Position numbers and translations under genes: made by a program. Below the pieces are notes generated by a model. The model made no database searches, was not told where the DNA came from, and saw nothing but the letters and a program-made list of their open reading frames with translations. From Spirochaetia bacterium (GTDB taxonomy: Bacteria > Spirochaetota > Spirochaetia > CADAEX01), in the NCBI GenBank assembly GCA_017642445.1, contig JAGCPA010000095.1, positions 2,177 through 66,176 of the forward strand: DNA of 64,000 nucleotides. Reading direction: 5' to 3'. Within the stretch, counting starts at the first letter, position 1; every line of letters begins with the position of its first letter. This document shows positions 29,989 through 39,800 of the stretch, in pieces.

Positions 29989-30666
29989 ATGATAAATACA
30001 GTAACTGAAATTGATGACATGGTGGCACTTAAGAATGTGCTTATCAGCGTTTCAGATAAAACAGGGCTGGAGGCGTTTGTAAAAGGGCTTATCCAGATCA
30101 ATCCTGATATCAAGATCTATTCCACAGGCGGCACCTACACAGCAATCAAAGGATGGCTGGGCGATGCTGCGGAGAAGAACCTTATCCAGGTCTCTGACTA
30201 TACCAAGCAGCCTGAGATGCAGGGTGGTCTTGTAAAGACTCTGGACTTCAAGATCTACCTTGGAATTCTTTCCGAGACCTATAACGATGCCCACAAGAAG
30301 GACATTGCCCGAACCAACGCCACAATCTTTGACATGATAGTTGTGAACCTCTATCCGTTCGAGAAGACAGTAGCTAAAGCAGACTCCACTTCAGAGAATG
30401 CCCGTGGCAACATCGATATCGGCGGTCCATGCATGCTGAGAGCTTCTGCCAAGAACTTCCTGAGAGTAGCTTCTGTCACCGATCCTGCAGACTATCCTGT
30501 TATCCTTGATAATCTTAAGGCACAGAAGGGAGCGCTCAGCTTTGCACAGCGGTTTGAGCTTGCCAAGAAGACATTCAGCACCACCGCAAAGTACGACACA
30601 GCGATCAGCGCATATCTGGCAGGCCTTGCACCGTCCGATGCAGCCAAGGTATATAATCTTCACTAA
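29989..30666 (+). CDS. purH: IMP cyclohydrolase domain protein (N-terminal PurH domain, MGS-like), encoded as a separate gene
   Basis: LISVSDKTGL, STGGT, VVNLYPF and NIDIGGPCMLRASAKN are PurH IMP-cyclohydrolase motifs. Ends with TAA at 30664-30666. Confidence 0.85.
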   Translation: MINTVTEIDDMVALKNVLISVSDKTGLEAFVKGLIQINPDIKIYSTGGTYTAIKGWLGDAAEKNLIQVSDYTKQPEMQGGLVKTLDFKIYLGILSETYNDAHKKDIARTNATIFDMIVVNLYPFEKTVAKADSTSENARGNIDIGGPCMLRASAKNFLRVASVTDPADYPVILDNLKAQKGALSFAQRFELAKKTFSTTAKYDTAISAYLAGLAPSDAAKVYNLH

Positions 30667-30677
30667 GGAGTTCCGAC

Positions 30678-31931
30678 ATGGCAGAAAATCTTAAGGATAT
30701 GTATAAAAACATCAACAAGGATGCCTTCCCACAGTTCATGGACATAAGCTTCCGGAACTCTGACAGCGACAGGCAGACCCTTTTCTACGAGAAGGTGCAG
30801 TGGGACATCGGCGGCGAGAAGCTGGGACTCCGCTATGGCGAGAACCCTGACCAGCCTGCTGCCATGTACAAGCTTATAAACGGCAACCTTGCCATCGGCG
30901 GGGTAGAGACTGTGCTCCAGGGGCGCTATCTGGCCTCTGACGTGGAGCTTCTTCAGTCTGGCAAACACCCTGGAAAGATCAATATCACCGACGTGGACAA
31001 CGGCCTCAATATCCTCCGTTTCTTCTCTGATACACCATGCAGCGTTATCATCAAGCACAACAACCCGTCAGGTGTAGCAAAGGGTGAGACACTTGCCGAT
31101 GCATTCCATAAATCCCTTATGGCAGACCGCATCGCAGCATTCGGTGGTGCAGTCATACTGAACAGGGAAGTGGACCTTGAGACTGCTGAGCAGGTGACAG
31201 AGGGCTATGTCGAGGTAGTTGCGGCACCTGAGTTCTCTCCAAAGGCTTTTGAGCTTTTCCAGACCAAGAAGAACCTCCGTGTGATGCGGATCAAGAATAT
31301 CGACAGGCTCCAGGACTTTGCCTATTCAAGGTTCATGGACTTCAAATCAATTCTGGACGGTGGTGTCATCGCACAGTGGTCATATCTTCCAAAGGCCCGC
31401 AAAAAGGAGGATTTCCTCCCTGCAGTATGCGAGTACAAGGGAAAAGAGTACAGGGTGAACCGGCAGCCTACCGACAAGGAGTTTGATGATATTATCTTCG
31501 GCTGGCTGGTGGAAAGCGGTGTTACAAGCAACTCTGTAATCTATGTGAAGGATGGCGTCACTGTTGGAATCGGTACCGGCGAGCAGGACCGTGTAGGTGT
31601 GGCCGAGATTGCCCGTGACAAGGCTTATAAGAAGATGTGCGACCGTATCTGCTGGGACCTCTATGAGAAATCCTGGTATGAGCTCACCGATCCTGAGAAG
31701 CGTGCATCCATCGAATCTGTTGTAAAGGATGAGCACGGCGGACTTAAGGGAAGCATCATGGTTTCCGACGCCTTCTTCCCGTTCCGTGACGGCATCGACA
31801 TCGGCCTTAAAGAGGGTGTCACAGCTGTGGTTCAGCCTGGCGGTTCCCTCCGTGACTTTGAATCTATCGAAGCCTGCAACGAATACAATGCAGCTATGGT
31901 CTACACAGGCCAGAGGAGTTTCAGGCACTGA
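30678..31931 (+). CDS. purH: AICAR transformylase domain protein (C-terminal PurH domain), encoded as a separate gene
   Basis: LRYGENPDQ, IIKHNNPSGVA, SDAFFPFRDG, VVQPGGSLRD and the C-terminal VYTGQRSFRH are AICAR-transformylase motifs. Has its own AAGGAG ribosome-binding site. It is in a different frame from the IMP-cyclohydrolase ORF. Confidence 0.85.
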   Translation: MAENLKDMYKNINKDAFPQFMDISFRNSDSDRQTLFYEKVQWDIGGEKLGLRYGENPDQPAAMYKLINGNLAIGGVETVLQGRYLASDVELLQSGKHPGKINITDVDNGLNILRFFSDTPCSVIIKHNNPSGVAKGETLADAFHKSLMADRIAAFGGAVILNREVDLETAEQVTEGYVEVVAAPEFSPKAFELFQTKKNLRVMRIKNIDRLQDFAYSRFMDFKSILDGGVIAQWSYLPKARKKEDFLPAVCEYKGKEYRVNRQPTDKEFDDIIFGWLVESGVTSNSVIYVKDGVTVGIGTGEQDRVGVAEIARDKAYKKMCDRICWDLYEKSWYELTDPEKRASIESVVKDEHGGLKGSIMVSDAFFPFRDGIDIGLKEGVTAVVQPGGSLRDFESIEACNEYNAAMVYTGQRSFRH

Positions 31932-33061
31932 TGGATAAGGCACATCTGCGTTCCAGAATCCTTATTATCCTCTTGACTTGCTCTCTTATCGGTCTTTTAG
32001 TGTTCAATATTGCGACACTGAATGCTGTGAAGAAGCTTTCTGCCTCTGCCAAAGAGACAGCAGCCGCAGTGGGCAACCTGGATTATACACTCCAGAACAT
32101 GGGAGAGGATCTTTCGGATGCACGGAATGTGCTTGGCCTTAAGATAAACAGCTATGGCTCAGACCTGGCACAGGATACGCCCCAGGCTCCTGCCGACGAC
32201 TATGCAGGCTACTACAGCGCACTGGACCAGCTTATGTCTGAGTTCAGCGAGTCTATGCTCAGGAAAGGGTGCGCCTATTTCATGGAATCCAAGGAGTGCC
32301 TTGACCTTTACCGTTCTCATAACCTTACACCGGTGCAGAAAGGGAGGGAGATACTCCTTTCCAGTGGAGGAAAGCTGTTCTACAGACTCTCTATCCTGCC
32401 TTATACCACCGGAGGCAAGGTGCAGTTCGATGCCGAGACCTTCGACAAGGTATCCGCTGCAAAGATAAGCACAGACAAGGAGCTTGCCTCCTTTATAGAT
32501 GCCAACAATATCCGTATCCATGCCCATTATGCCCAGCTTGACCCGGTGGCAAAGAAGATGGAGCAGCTTACAAGAAATCCACAGCTTCTTTCCTATCTGA
32601 CAGAGCAGAAGCTTTATATTAAGAAGCGGGATGCCGAGAATACCCAGACCGGCTACGATATCCGCCGCACCGACGGATCGCTCCTATGCAGCATGCTGCT
32701 TGATCTGGTTGAGGGTAATATCACACTGGGAAATATAAAGTGCAGCTCTACCGATGAGCTTTGGGAAGACCTTCTTAAGCTTCACACCCTGTTTGATATC
32801 AGGACTGTATCGGAGAAGAAGACAGAATCCAAGCTGGAAGAGCTTTCTGCCATGGTCAAGGATCCTGCTTTCACCGCATTCCTTGAGACCAAGGGGTGCA
32901 TCATAGCACAGACTCCGGAGGAGAAGGAAGAGAGCTACGACTTTGCCATAACTGACCGTGGCGGCTTTGTTATAGGCACACTCTCCCTTGAGAAGGATAC
33001 CGGCGAGGTATACCTCTTCGACAGCGACAACGTGGTTGTCTCCTCCGTAAAAAAAAACTGA
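31931..33061 (+). CDS. Membrane-anchored protein; probable N-terminal part of an LCP (LytR-CpsA-Psr) family protein broken by a frameshift
   Basis: N-terminal transmembrane helix. The ORF ends at TGA 33059-33061, immediately after the A9 tract 33049-33057. Reading A10 instead fuses it in frame with the downstream LCP-domain ORF. Confidence 0.5.
   Translation: MDKAHLRSRILIILLTCSLIGLLVFNIATLNAVKKLSASAKETAAAVGNLDYTLQNMGEDLSDARNVLGLKINSYGSDLAQDTPQAPADDYAGYYSALDQLMSEFSESMLRKGCAYFMESKECLDLYRSHNLTPVQKGREILLSSGGKLFYRLSILPYTTGGKVQFDAETFDKVSAAKISTDKELASFIDANNIRIHAHYAQLDPVAKKMEQLTRNPQLLSYLTEQKLYIKKRDAENTQTGYDIRRTDGSLLCSMLLDLVEGNITLGNIKCSSTDELWEDLLKLHTLFDIRTVSEKKTESKLEELSAMVKDPAFTAFLETKGCIIAQTPEEKEESYDFAITDRGGFVIGTLSLEKDTGEVYLFDSDNVVVSSVKKN
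33049..33057 (+). repeat. A9 homopolymer tract at a frameshift site
   Basis: Nine consecutive A residues, counted directly. Confidence 0.9.
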
Positions 33062-33114
33062 ATTTTAACACAGCCTCAGGCTCGGACGGCCATTTCACCA
33101 TACTTATCTGCGGC

Positions 33115-33876
33115 ATGAACCAGAGGAATACCGATACTCTTATTTTGGCAAACCTTGATCTGAACATGAACAAGGCCACCCTTATAAGCCTGCCTCGGGA
33201 CCTTTTCTACAAGCGCACCAAGATAAACAGCATCTACCGCCGTTTCGGCCCCAATGTCCTTGTCTCCTCTTTGTCTGATATGACAGGGCTCAGGATTGAT
33301 AAATATGTGATGGTTGATATGTATGCCTTTGCCGAGCTGGTGAATATACTCGGGGGCATAGATGTGGAGCTTACAGAGCCTCTGGTGGATCCGACTTACC
33401 GTGTGAGGGACGAGAACGGCAGGTGGTCGACCCTTTACTATCCGGCCGGGGTGCACCATGTGAACGGAGTCCAGGCGCTCAGGATAGCGCGGGCACGCCA
33501 TTATACCCCTGTCTTCTCACGGGATATGAGGCAGCAGCAGATCCTTAAGGCTGTGAAGAACAGACTTATGTCTATAGGCCTTTCCGACATAAACCGCTTA
33601 AGCCGTATCATAAAGCTCGGCTTCAAGTATGTGGAGACCGACATATCGTGGCTTGAGGCATTCAGCCTTTACAGGAACTGCCAGGATATAACCATAAACC
33701 AGGCGGTGCTGAGCACTGACAATGTTCTGTATGCCACATACACAAACCTCCTTGCCACAGGGCTGGAGGAGGACCAGGTGGCCGAAGACTTTGACAAAGG
33801 GGCTTGGATAGTGGTTCCTCTTGACAATGACTGGAAAGTTGTTAAAAAATTCATTGAGGAAAAGATTGCTGAATGA
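33115..33876 (+). CDS. LCP (LytR-CpsA-Psr) family domain protein, C-terminal part
   Basis: RNTDTLILANLD and ISLPRDL are LCP core motifs. The LCP-like sequence GHFTILICG continues upstream of the ATG in the same frame, back to the A9 tract. Confidence 0.65.
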   Translation: MNQRNTDTLILANLDLNMNKATLISLPRDLFYKRTKINSIYRRFGPNVLVSSLSDMTGLRIDKYVMVDMYAFAELVNILGGIDVELTEPLVDPTYRVRDENGRWSTLYYPAGVHHVNGVQALRIARARHYTPVFSRDMRQQQILKAVKNRLMSIGLSDINRLSRIIKLGFKYVETDISWLEAFSLYRNCQDITINQAVLSTDNVLYATYTNLLATGLEEDQVAEDFDKGAWIVVPLDNDWKVVKKFIEEKIAE

Positions 33877-35162
33877 AAAAGTATTTTCTTGAGACATACG
33901 GCTGTCAGATGAACAAGGCTGAGTCCGACTCCCTGGAGCTTATCCTTAAGCGCAGAGGATGGGAGAGCGTCTCATCCGACATCCAGGCCGACCTCATAAT
34001 CATAAACACCTGCTCTGTGCGCCAGACTGCAGAGGACCGCATCTGGGGCCGCATAGGCTACTTCAAGAAGCTTAAGGAGAGCCACAGCTTCAAGCTGGTC
34101 ATAATCGGCTGCATGGCCCAGCGGGTCAAGGAGGAGCTCTACACCACCTGCAAGGGGACTGTAGACCTGGTTCTCGGCACCTTGGAGAAGAACAATATTC
34201 TTGAGTACCTTGAGGGGCTTCCAGAGGAGGAGAGCAGCACCTACACCTTCCAGGAGTACCATTCCGACGGAAAGAGCTTCAAGACTTTTGTCCCCATAAT
34301 GCACGGCTGCAACAACTTCTGCTCCTACTGCATAGTCCCTTATGTGCGGGGGCGCGAGGTGTCACGGAGCGCCGAGGAGATTCTCCACGAGATTGAGTTC
34401 CTGGAGCAGCACAATGTCAAGGAGATAACTCTTTTAGGACAGAATGTGAACTCCTACCGTGGAACATACCAGGGGAGGGAAATCTCATTTCATGAGCTTT
34501 TAGATCTTATCTGCGGCCGCATAAGCTCTATCGGCTGGGTCCGCTTCCTCTCATCCCATCCCAAGGACTTCAGCTCTGCTTTGATCGACACCATAGCGGC
34601 AAATCCACAGGTGTGCCGTCATATACACCTTCCTGTCCAGCACGGTAGCAACCGCATCCTCTCCCTTATGAACCGCCGCTACACCAAGGAGCACTATCTG
34701 GATATCGTGGCCGAGATAAAGGAGAAGATTCCGGGTGTATCCCTTACCACCGACATCCTCATAGGATTCCCCGGCGAGACTGAGGAGGATCTGGATGCCA
34801 CCCTGGACCTTATGCAGAAGGTGCGCTTTATAGATGCCTACACCTACTATTACAACCCCAGGGAGGGAACCAAGGCCTGCACCATGGCCGACAGTCTGCC
34901 CCTTGAGACCAAGCTTAAGAGGCTTGAGAAGGTGATTGCCCTGCAGCACCGTATAAGCGCCGAGGAGAAGGAGAATAAGGTGGGCCATGTGCAGCATGTC
35001 CTGGTGGAATCGGTCTCTAAAAAGGATAAAACCGAGATGCTGGGACGCACCGAGGGGGATGAGATGGTTGTTTTTCCCGAAAAATGTGATACAATAGGGA
35101 AGTTCTTAGATGTTAAGCTTCTTTCCTGCAATGGAAATACATACAAAGGAGAAAGAGTATGA
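33873..35162 (+). CDS. miaB: MiaB-family tRNA methylthiotransferase (radical SAM plus TRAM domain)
   Basis: N-terminal ETYGCQMN, radical-SAM CNNFCSYC, and a C-terminal TRAM domain. 429 aa. Confidence 0.78.
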   Translation: MKKYFLETYGCQMNKAESDSLELILKRRGWESVSSDIQADLIIINTCSVRQTAEDRIWGRIGYFKKLKESHSFKLVIIGCMAQRVKEELYTTCKGTVDLVLGTLEKNNILEYLEGLPEEESSTYTFQEYHSDGKSFKTFVPIMHGCNNFCSYCIVPYVRGREVSRSAEEILHEIEFLEQHNVKEITLLGQNVNSYRGTYQGREISFHELLDLICGRISSIGWVRFLSSHPKDFSSALIDTIAANPQVCRHIHLPVQHGSNRILSLMNRRYTKEHYLDIVAEIKEKIPGVSLTTDILIGFPGETEEDLDATLDLMQKVRFIDAYTYYYNPREGTKACTMADSLPLETKLKRLEKVIALQHRISAEEKENKVGHVQHVLVESVSKKDKTEMLGRTEGDEMVVFPEKCDTIGKFLDVKLLSCNGNTYKGERV

Positions 35163-35446
35163 GATTCAGGATGATATTGTTTATTATCTTCATCTGCTTT
35201 TACGCGCTGTTTGCAGCACTTAACCTTTCCAACGCCACCGATATCAACTTCGGTTTCACCTCGTTCAGCAATGTGCCTATCTTCCTGGCTGTCACTGTAG
35301 CCTTTGCTGCCGGTGCTATCTTCATGCTTCCTTTTATGTTCGGACGCAGGAAGGAGAAGAAGGAAAAGCCGGTAAAGGAAAAGAAGAAAAAAGGGAAGGA
35401 GAAGGATATTCCAGTTGAGCAGCCTGAAAACAATCTGCCGCTATAA
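35159..35446 (+). CDS. LapA-like (DUF1049) small inner-membrane protein
   Basis: Two transmembrane helices followed by a Lys/Glu-rich tail (RRKEKKEKPVKEKKKKGKEK). Confidence 0.5.
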   Translation: MRFRMILFIIFICFYALFAALNLSNATDINFGFTSFSNVPIFLAVTVAFAAGAIFMLPFMFGRRKEKKEKPVKEKKKKGKEKDIPVEQPENNLPL

Positions 35447-36410
35447 TTTAATTCTCTTTCTGCTGCTCTTTTCCACAGCGCTGTGGGGAGCAGACTTAGA
35501 CCAGTTCTATAAGACTGTCCAGAACAGCAAGGAGGTGCCTGACAGGGCCCTCAACGAGATCTTCAGGCAGGAGACCAGCGCCAGCAAGATCCTTGAGGCT
35601 GTAGGCTCCTGCAAGGAGAGGATTCAGGACAAGTACAATATCTTTTACCAGACGGCAAACCTGGCCTTGATGTGCGGCAAGTATGACCTTGCCCAGCAGT
35701 ACTTCCAGCTCGCCTTTGACGCAAACCAGGAGGCCTGGTACTCCCTGTACATGTCTGCCGCACTCCTTTACGAGCAGGGGGAGTTTGAGCTCCCTTATCT
35801 TAAGTTCAGGGTTGTGCAGGAGAAGGCTCAGGCTCCCCTTAAGGATAAAGCCAAGGCCATGGGTGGTGCAGTTATGCTTTCCCAGGGCAAATCTGAAGCC
35901 GGCATCAGGCAGCTTGCATCATGTCTTGCCACCAGCTCCGATGACAGTGTCCTTTATCTTGTATATGACATATCTTCTGCATTCTTGCTCTCCGAGATCA
36001 AGAATGCGGCAGCAAAAAAGCTCAAGGCAGGGGGCTTTGAGGGGCGCCTTGCATCAGAAAAGGCAGCTTTCCCTATCACTCCGTCCCGTATCTTCCTCTC
36101 ATCAGATTATTCAGACACCACTATAAGCAAGGCAGTGGAGAGCCAGACCCGCACATCTACCCAGGCGGAGCAGGATGCATCGGTACGGCGCCCTGTGGCA
36201 ATCCAGGTGGGCTCCTTCGGAAACGAGACCAATGCCAGGAACATGGAGAAAAAGCTTAAGGATCTAGGGGTTAAGCCTGTGGTCAATACAGTCAAATCAG
36301 GGGATAAGACCCTCTATAAAGTCTCTATACCGGTTGATGCCGATATGGATGTGAACAACACCGTGCTTCTGCTCAAAGACAACGGTATAGAATCATACTA
36401 CGTGTTCTAA
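35415..36410 (+). CDS. SPOR-domain protein with signal peptide and TPR-like middle region
   Basis: C-terminal SPOR domain (VAIQVGSFGNETNARNMEKKLKDLG...LYKVSIPV). A TTG start at 35415 is the only in-frame start before the signal sequence. Overlaps the LapA-like gene. Confidence 0.6.
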   Translation: MSSLKTICRYNLILFLLLFSTALWGADLDQFYKTVQNSKEVPDRALNEIFRQETSASKILEAVGSCKERIQDKYNIFYQTANLALMCGKYDLAQQYFQLAFDANQEAWYSLYMSAALLYEQGEFELPYLKFRVVQEKAQAPLKDKAKAMGGAVMLSQGKSEAGIRQLASCLATSSDDSVLYLVYDISSAFLLSEIKNAAAKKLKAGGFEGRLASEKAAFPITPSRIFLSSDYSDTTISKAVESQTRTSTQAEQDASVRRPVAIQVGSFGNETNARNMEKKLKDLGVKPVVNTVKSGDKTLYKVSIPVDADMDVNNTVLLLKDNGIESYYVF

Positions 36411-36752
36411 TTTTTCCTTCAGGTCAGCCACAAAGCTTCTGGTATCTGTGTGCCATGGGAGAAGGTCTACTCCTAAGAATTCTGCCTCAGAACTGTCATT
36501 TATTAAAAATGTACGACCAAAAAGTAATATAAATTTACAATTATTTAAATTAGACTTTGAAAAAAGATAGATACTTTTCCAGTAGTCAGGATAATCATCA
36601 AAGTTGAAGAGAATCACATCAGGGTTCTTCTCCCTCATCTCATCCAGGGCAGAAATAGGGTTGTTATGCAGCACCAGGTTGTACTGTGGAGTTGCCGCGC
36701 GCTGGATAGCCTGCTGAAGGCTCTGGTTTTCTACGATACTGAAAATAGTCAT
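36393..36752 (-). CDS. Hypothetical protein, degenerate receiver (CheY-like) domain
   Basis: GAGGAAAG ribosome-binding site precedes ATG 36752 (MTIFSIVENQ). Receiver-like pattern, but acidic pocket residues are substituted. The track start at 36779 lacks a ribosome-binding site. Confidence 0.35.
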   Translation of the reverse strand: MTIFSIVENQSLQQAIQRAATPQYNLVLHNNPISALDEMREKNPDVILFNFDDYPDYWKSIYLFSKSNLNNCKFILLFGRTFLINDSSEAEFLGVDLLPWHTDTRSFVADLKEKLEHVV

Positions 36753-36841
36753 ATCTTTCCTCGTCTTATTATCCCACACATTTGTTCTTTAATCTATATT
36801 TAAATTATAATTTTTTTATGGTATCTTTGTCTTGTGAAATT

Positions 36842-39800
36842 ATGATTGACAATTTCATCAGAGATCTTACCTCCCGTTTCAGACCCCTCCCGGCTCACAA
36901 GAAGCTGGTGGATACCTTTTGCTCAAAGAAGTTCCCGATTACTATTGATGGCATCAGAAAACTTCCCCTTGCCGCAGTTATTGCTGACCTTTTCCGGTAT
37001 TCCAAGGGCTCATTTCTGATTGTCCTGCCCAATGAGAAGGAGGCAGAGCTCTTCTTTGAGGATATCTCCCTATGCTGCAGGGATGTCTGCTATATCCCGG
37101 GGTGGAACACTTTGCCATACAGAGGAGAAAGCCCAGGCTCCCAGAACTGCGGAAACAGGGTTAAGGGGCTTACCCAGCTTATATCTGGATCCAAATGCAT
37201 TGCTGTGACATCGGTGGGGGCATTCCTTTCCCCTATGGTTACAGCAGATTATTTCAAGAAGCATATCTCGCTCCTTAAGAAGGGGCAGAGCGTCAATACA
37301 GAGAAGCTTGAGAAATCGATGCAGAGCTGCGGCTATATCCGCACCCCGAAGGTGTCGGTTCCCGGCGATTTTGCGATCAGGGGCGAGGTTTTCGACTTCT
37401 ATCCATTTGGGAGCGACGAGCCGGTGCGGGCTGTGTTCGAGTTTGACGAGATTGATGCGATAAAGACTTTCGACCCTATGACCCAGGCCTCCACAGGAAA
37501 GCTTGACAGCGTTGTGATCCCTCCGTGCAAGGAGATTCTGTGGGATAAGGAGCATATCGAGGCAGTAAAGGCTCTTGGTCTTCTGAAAGAGGCTGAGCTT
37601 GAGAAGCTTGAGACCGAGAACGAGGTGGCAGAGGAGGAGTATATCTTCCCTATGACCTTTGAGAGGTGTGGCCATCTCTCTGATTATATGGGCGATTTCT
37701 CATCCCTGTTCCTGGTGGATTATGAGCTTCTGGAGCAGAGAGCCGAGGCTATACTGGATGAATACAGGGCCTGCTACCGGCAGAGTGCCCATGATGCCTT
37801 TGTGAAGCCTCCGGTGCCCGACAGCCTTATCTTCAGCTTTGCCCAGGAGACAGAGGCTGTGGAGCGCCGTATAGTCCTGCCTCTCCTGCACGACAGCAGG
37901 CACCCGGATCAGGCTGTCTCCTATTCCTACGAGTCGGGCCGCTCCTTCTTCGGCAACTTTGCCTACCTTAAGGATGAGCTTTCCCAGCTTATAAAGAACA
38001 AGTACAAAGTTTATATCTTCTCAAGCTCCGGTGTGCAGGCCCAGAGAATAAGCAAGATCCTTGAGAACCTGGATGTGCAGGTGATAATGGGTGCGATATC
38101 AGGGGGCTTTGTCCTTCCTGACAGCCATATAATAGCAATCCAGGAGAACGAGATATTCGGCCGCAAGAAGAGGCCGCCTGCATCGGTCAAGAAGGTCAAG
38201 AGCAGCCCCATCGACTCCTTTGTGGAGCTTAACAAGGGGGATTATGTAGTCCATATAAACTATGGAATCGGCCGGTTCATAGGTATAGACCGTATCAAGT
38301 CTACCGGCACCGAGCGGGACTACATTCACCTTGAATACGCAGGGGAAGAGACTGTCTTTATCCCTATAGAGCAGGTGAACCTGATTCAGCGGTACATAGG
38401 AGGAGAGGGGAAAGCGCCCCACCTTGACCACATCGGAGGCAAAGCCTGGGAGTCAAGGAAAAGCAAGGCCCGCAAAGCCGCAGAGGAGCTGGCTGCCCGC
38501 CTTGTGAAGCTCTATTCAAGGCGGCAGAATGCAAAAGGGTTTGCATTCCCGTCCGACTCCGACATGCAGATGGAGTTCGAGGCCGCCTTCCCTTATGACG
38601 AGACCGACGACCAGCTCCGGTGCATAGAGGAGGTCAAGGCCGATATGGAGAGGCCTAACCCTATGGACAGGCTTATCTGCGGCGATGTTGGATTCGGCAA
38701 GACCGAGGTTGCAATGCGGGCCGTGTTCAAGGCAGTGGCCGGCGGCAAGCAGGCGGCCTTCCTGTGCCCCACCACAATCCTGGCCGAGCAGCACTACGAG
38801 AACTTTCTGGACCGGTTCAAGAACTTCCCTGTGGAGATACGCCTTTTATCACGGTTTGTCCCGCCCAGGAAGCAGAAGGCTGTCATCCAGGACCTTAAGA
38901 GCGGCCGGGCCGACATAATCATAGGGACCCACCGCATACTGCAGAAGGATGTCATATTCAACAACTTAGGACTCATGGTGGTGGACGAGGAGCAGCGGTT
39001 CGGTGTCAAGGACAAGGAGAAGATGAAGGAGCTCAAGACCTCCATAGACTGTCTTTCCCTCTCTGCGACACCTATTCCACGGACACTCCACATGTCGCTC
39101 CTTAAAATACGAGACCTTTCGGTGCTGGAGACACCGCCCCGCAACCGCCGGCCTATAGAGACTTTTGTCCAGCCCTACAGCATGGAGACTGTAAGAAAAG
39201 CAATTCTTCAGGAGATCTCCAGGGGAGGTCAGGTCTACTATCTGCACAACAGGGTGGAGTCCTTGGAGAATGTTCGTCTTGCCCTTGAGCATATGATGCC
39301 AGAGCTAATAATGGAGACAGCCCATGGCAAGATGAGCGGTACAGAGCTTGAGGATATAATGGACCGGTTTGTCCATCAGGAGATCCATGTCCTTATCTCC
39401 ACAACCATAATAGAGAACGGCATCGATATCCCGAATGTGAACACCATAATCATAGACAGGGCCGATATGTACGGCATCTCCCAGCTCTATCAGCTCCGCG
39501 GCCGAGTAGGGCGCTCCGACCGGCTTGCCTATGCATATCTTCTCTATCCGGACCAGACTGCAATGACAGAGCTGGCTATGAAGCGGCTCAGGATAATATC
39601 TGACAACACCGGCCTTGGAGCCGGCTTCAAGGTGGCTATGAAGGATCTGGAGGTACGGGGTGCCGGAAACCTCTTGGGACGCGACCAGAGCGGAGAGATA
39701 AGCTCTGTGGGCTTTGATATGTACCTGCGTCTTATAGACGAGGCTGTGCGCCTCCTGGATGGCAGCAGGAAGGATGAGCTTGATCTCCATGATGTCTATC

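Noticed and set aside
27461-30028. Two long minus-strand ORFs (380 aa and 351 aa)
   Set aside because: Both lie inside secA on the opposite strand. secA is certain, so these are spurious.
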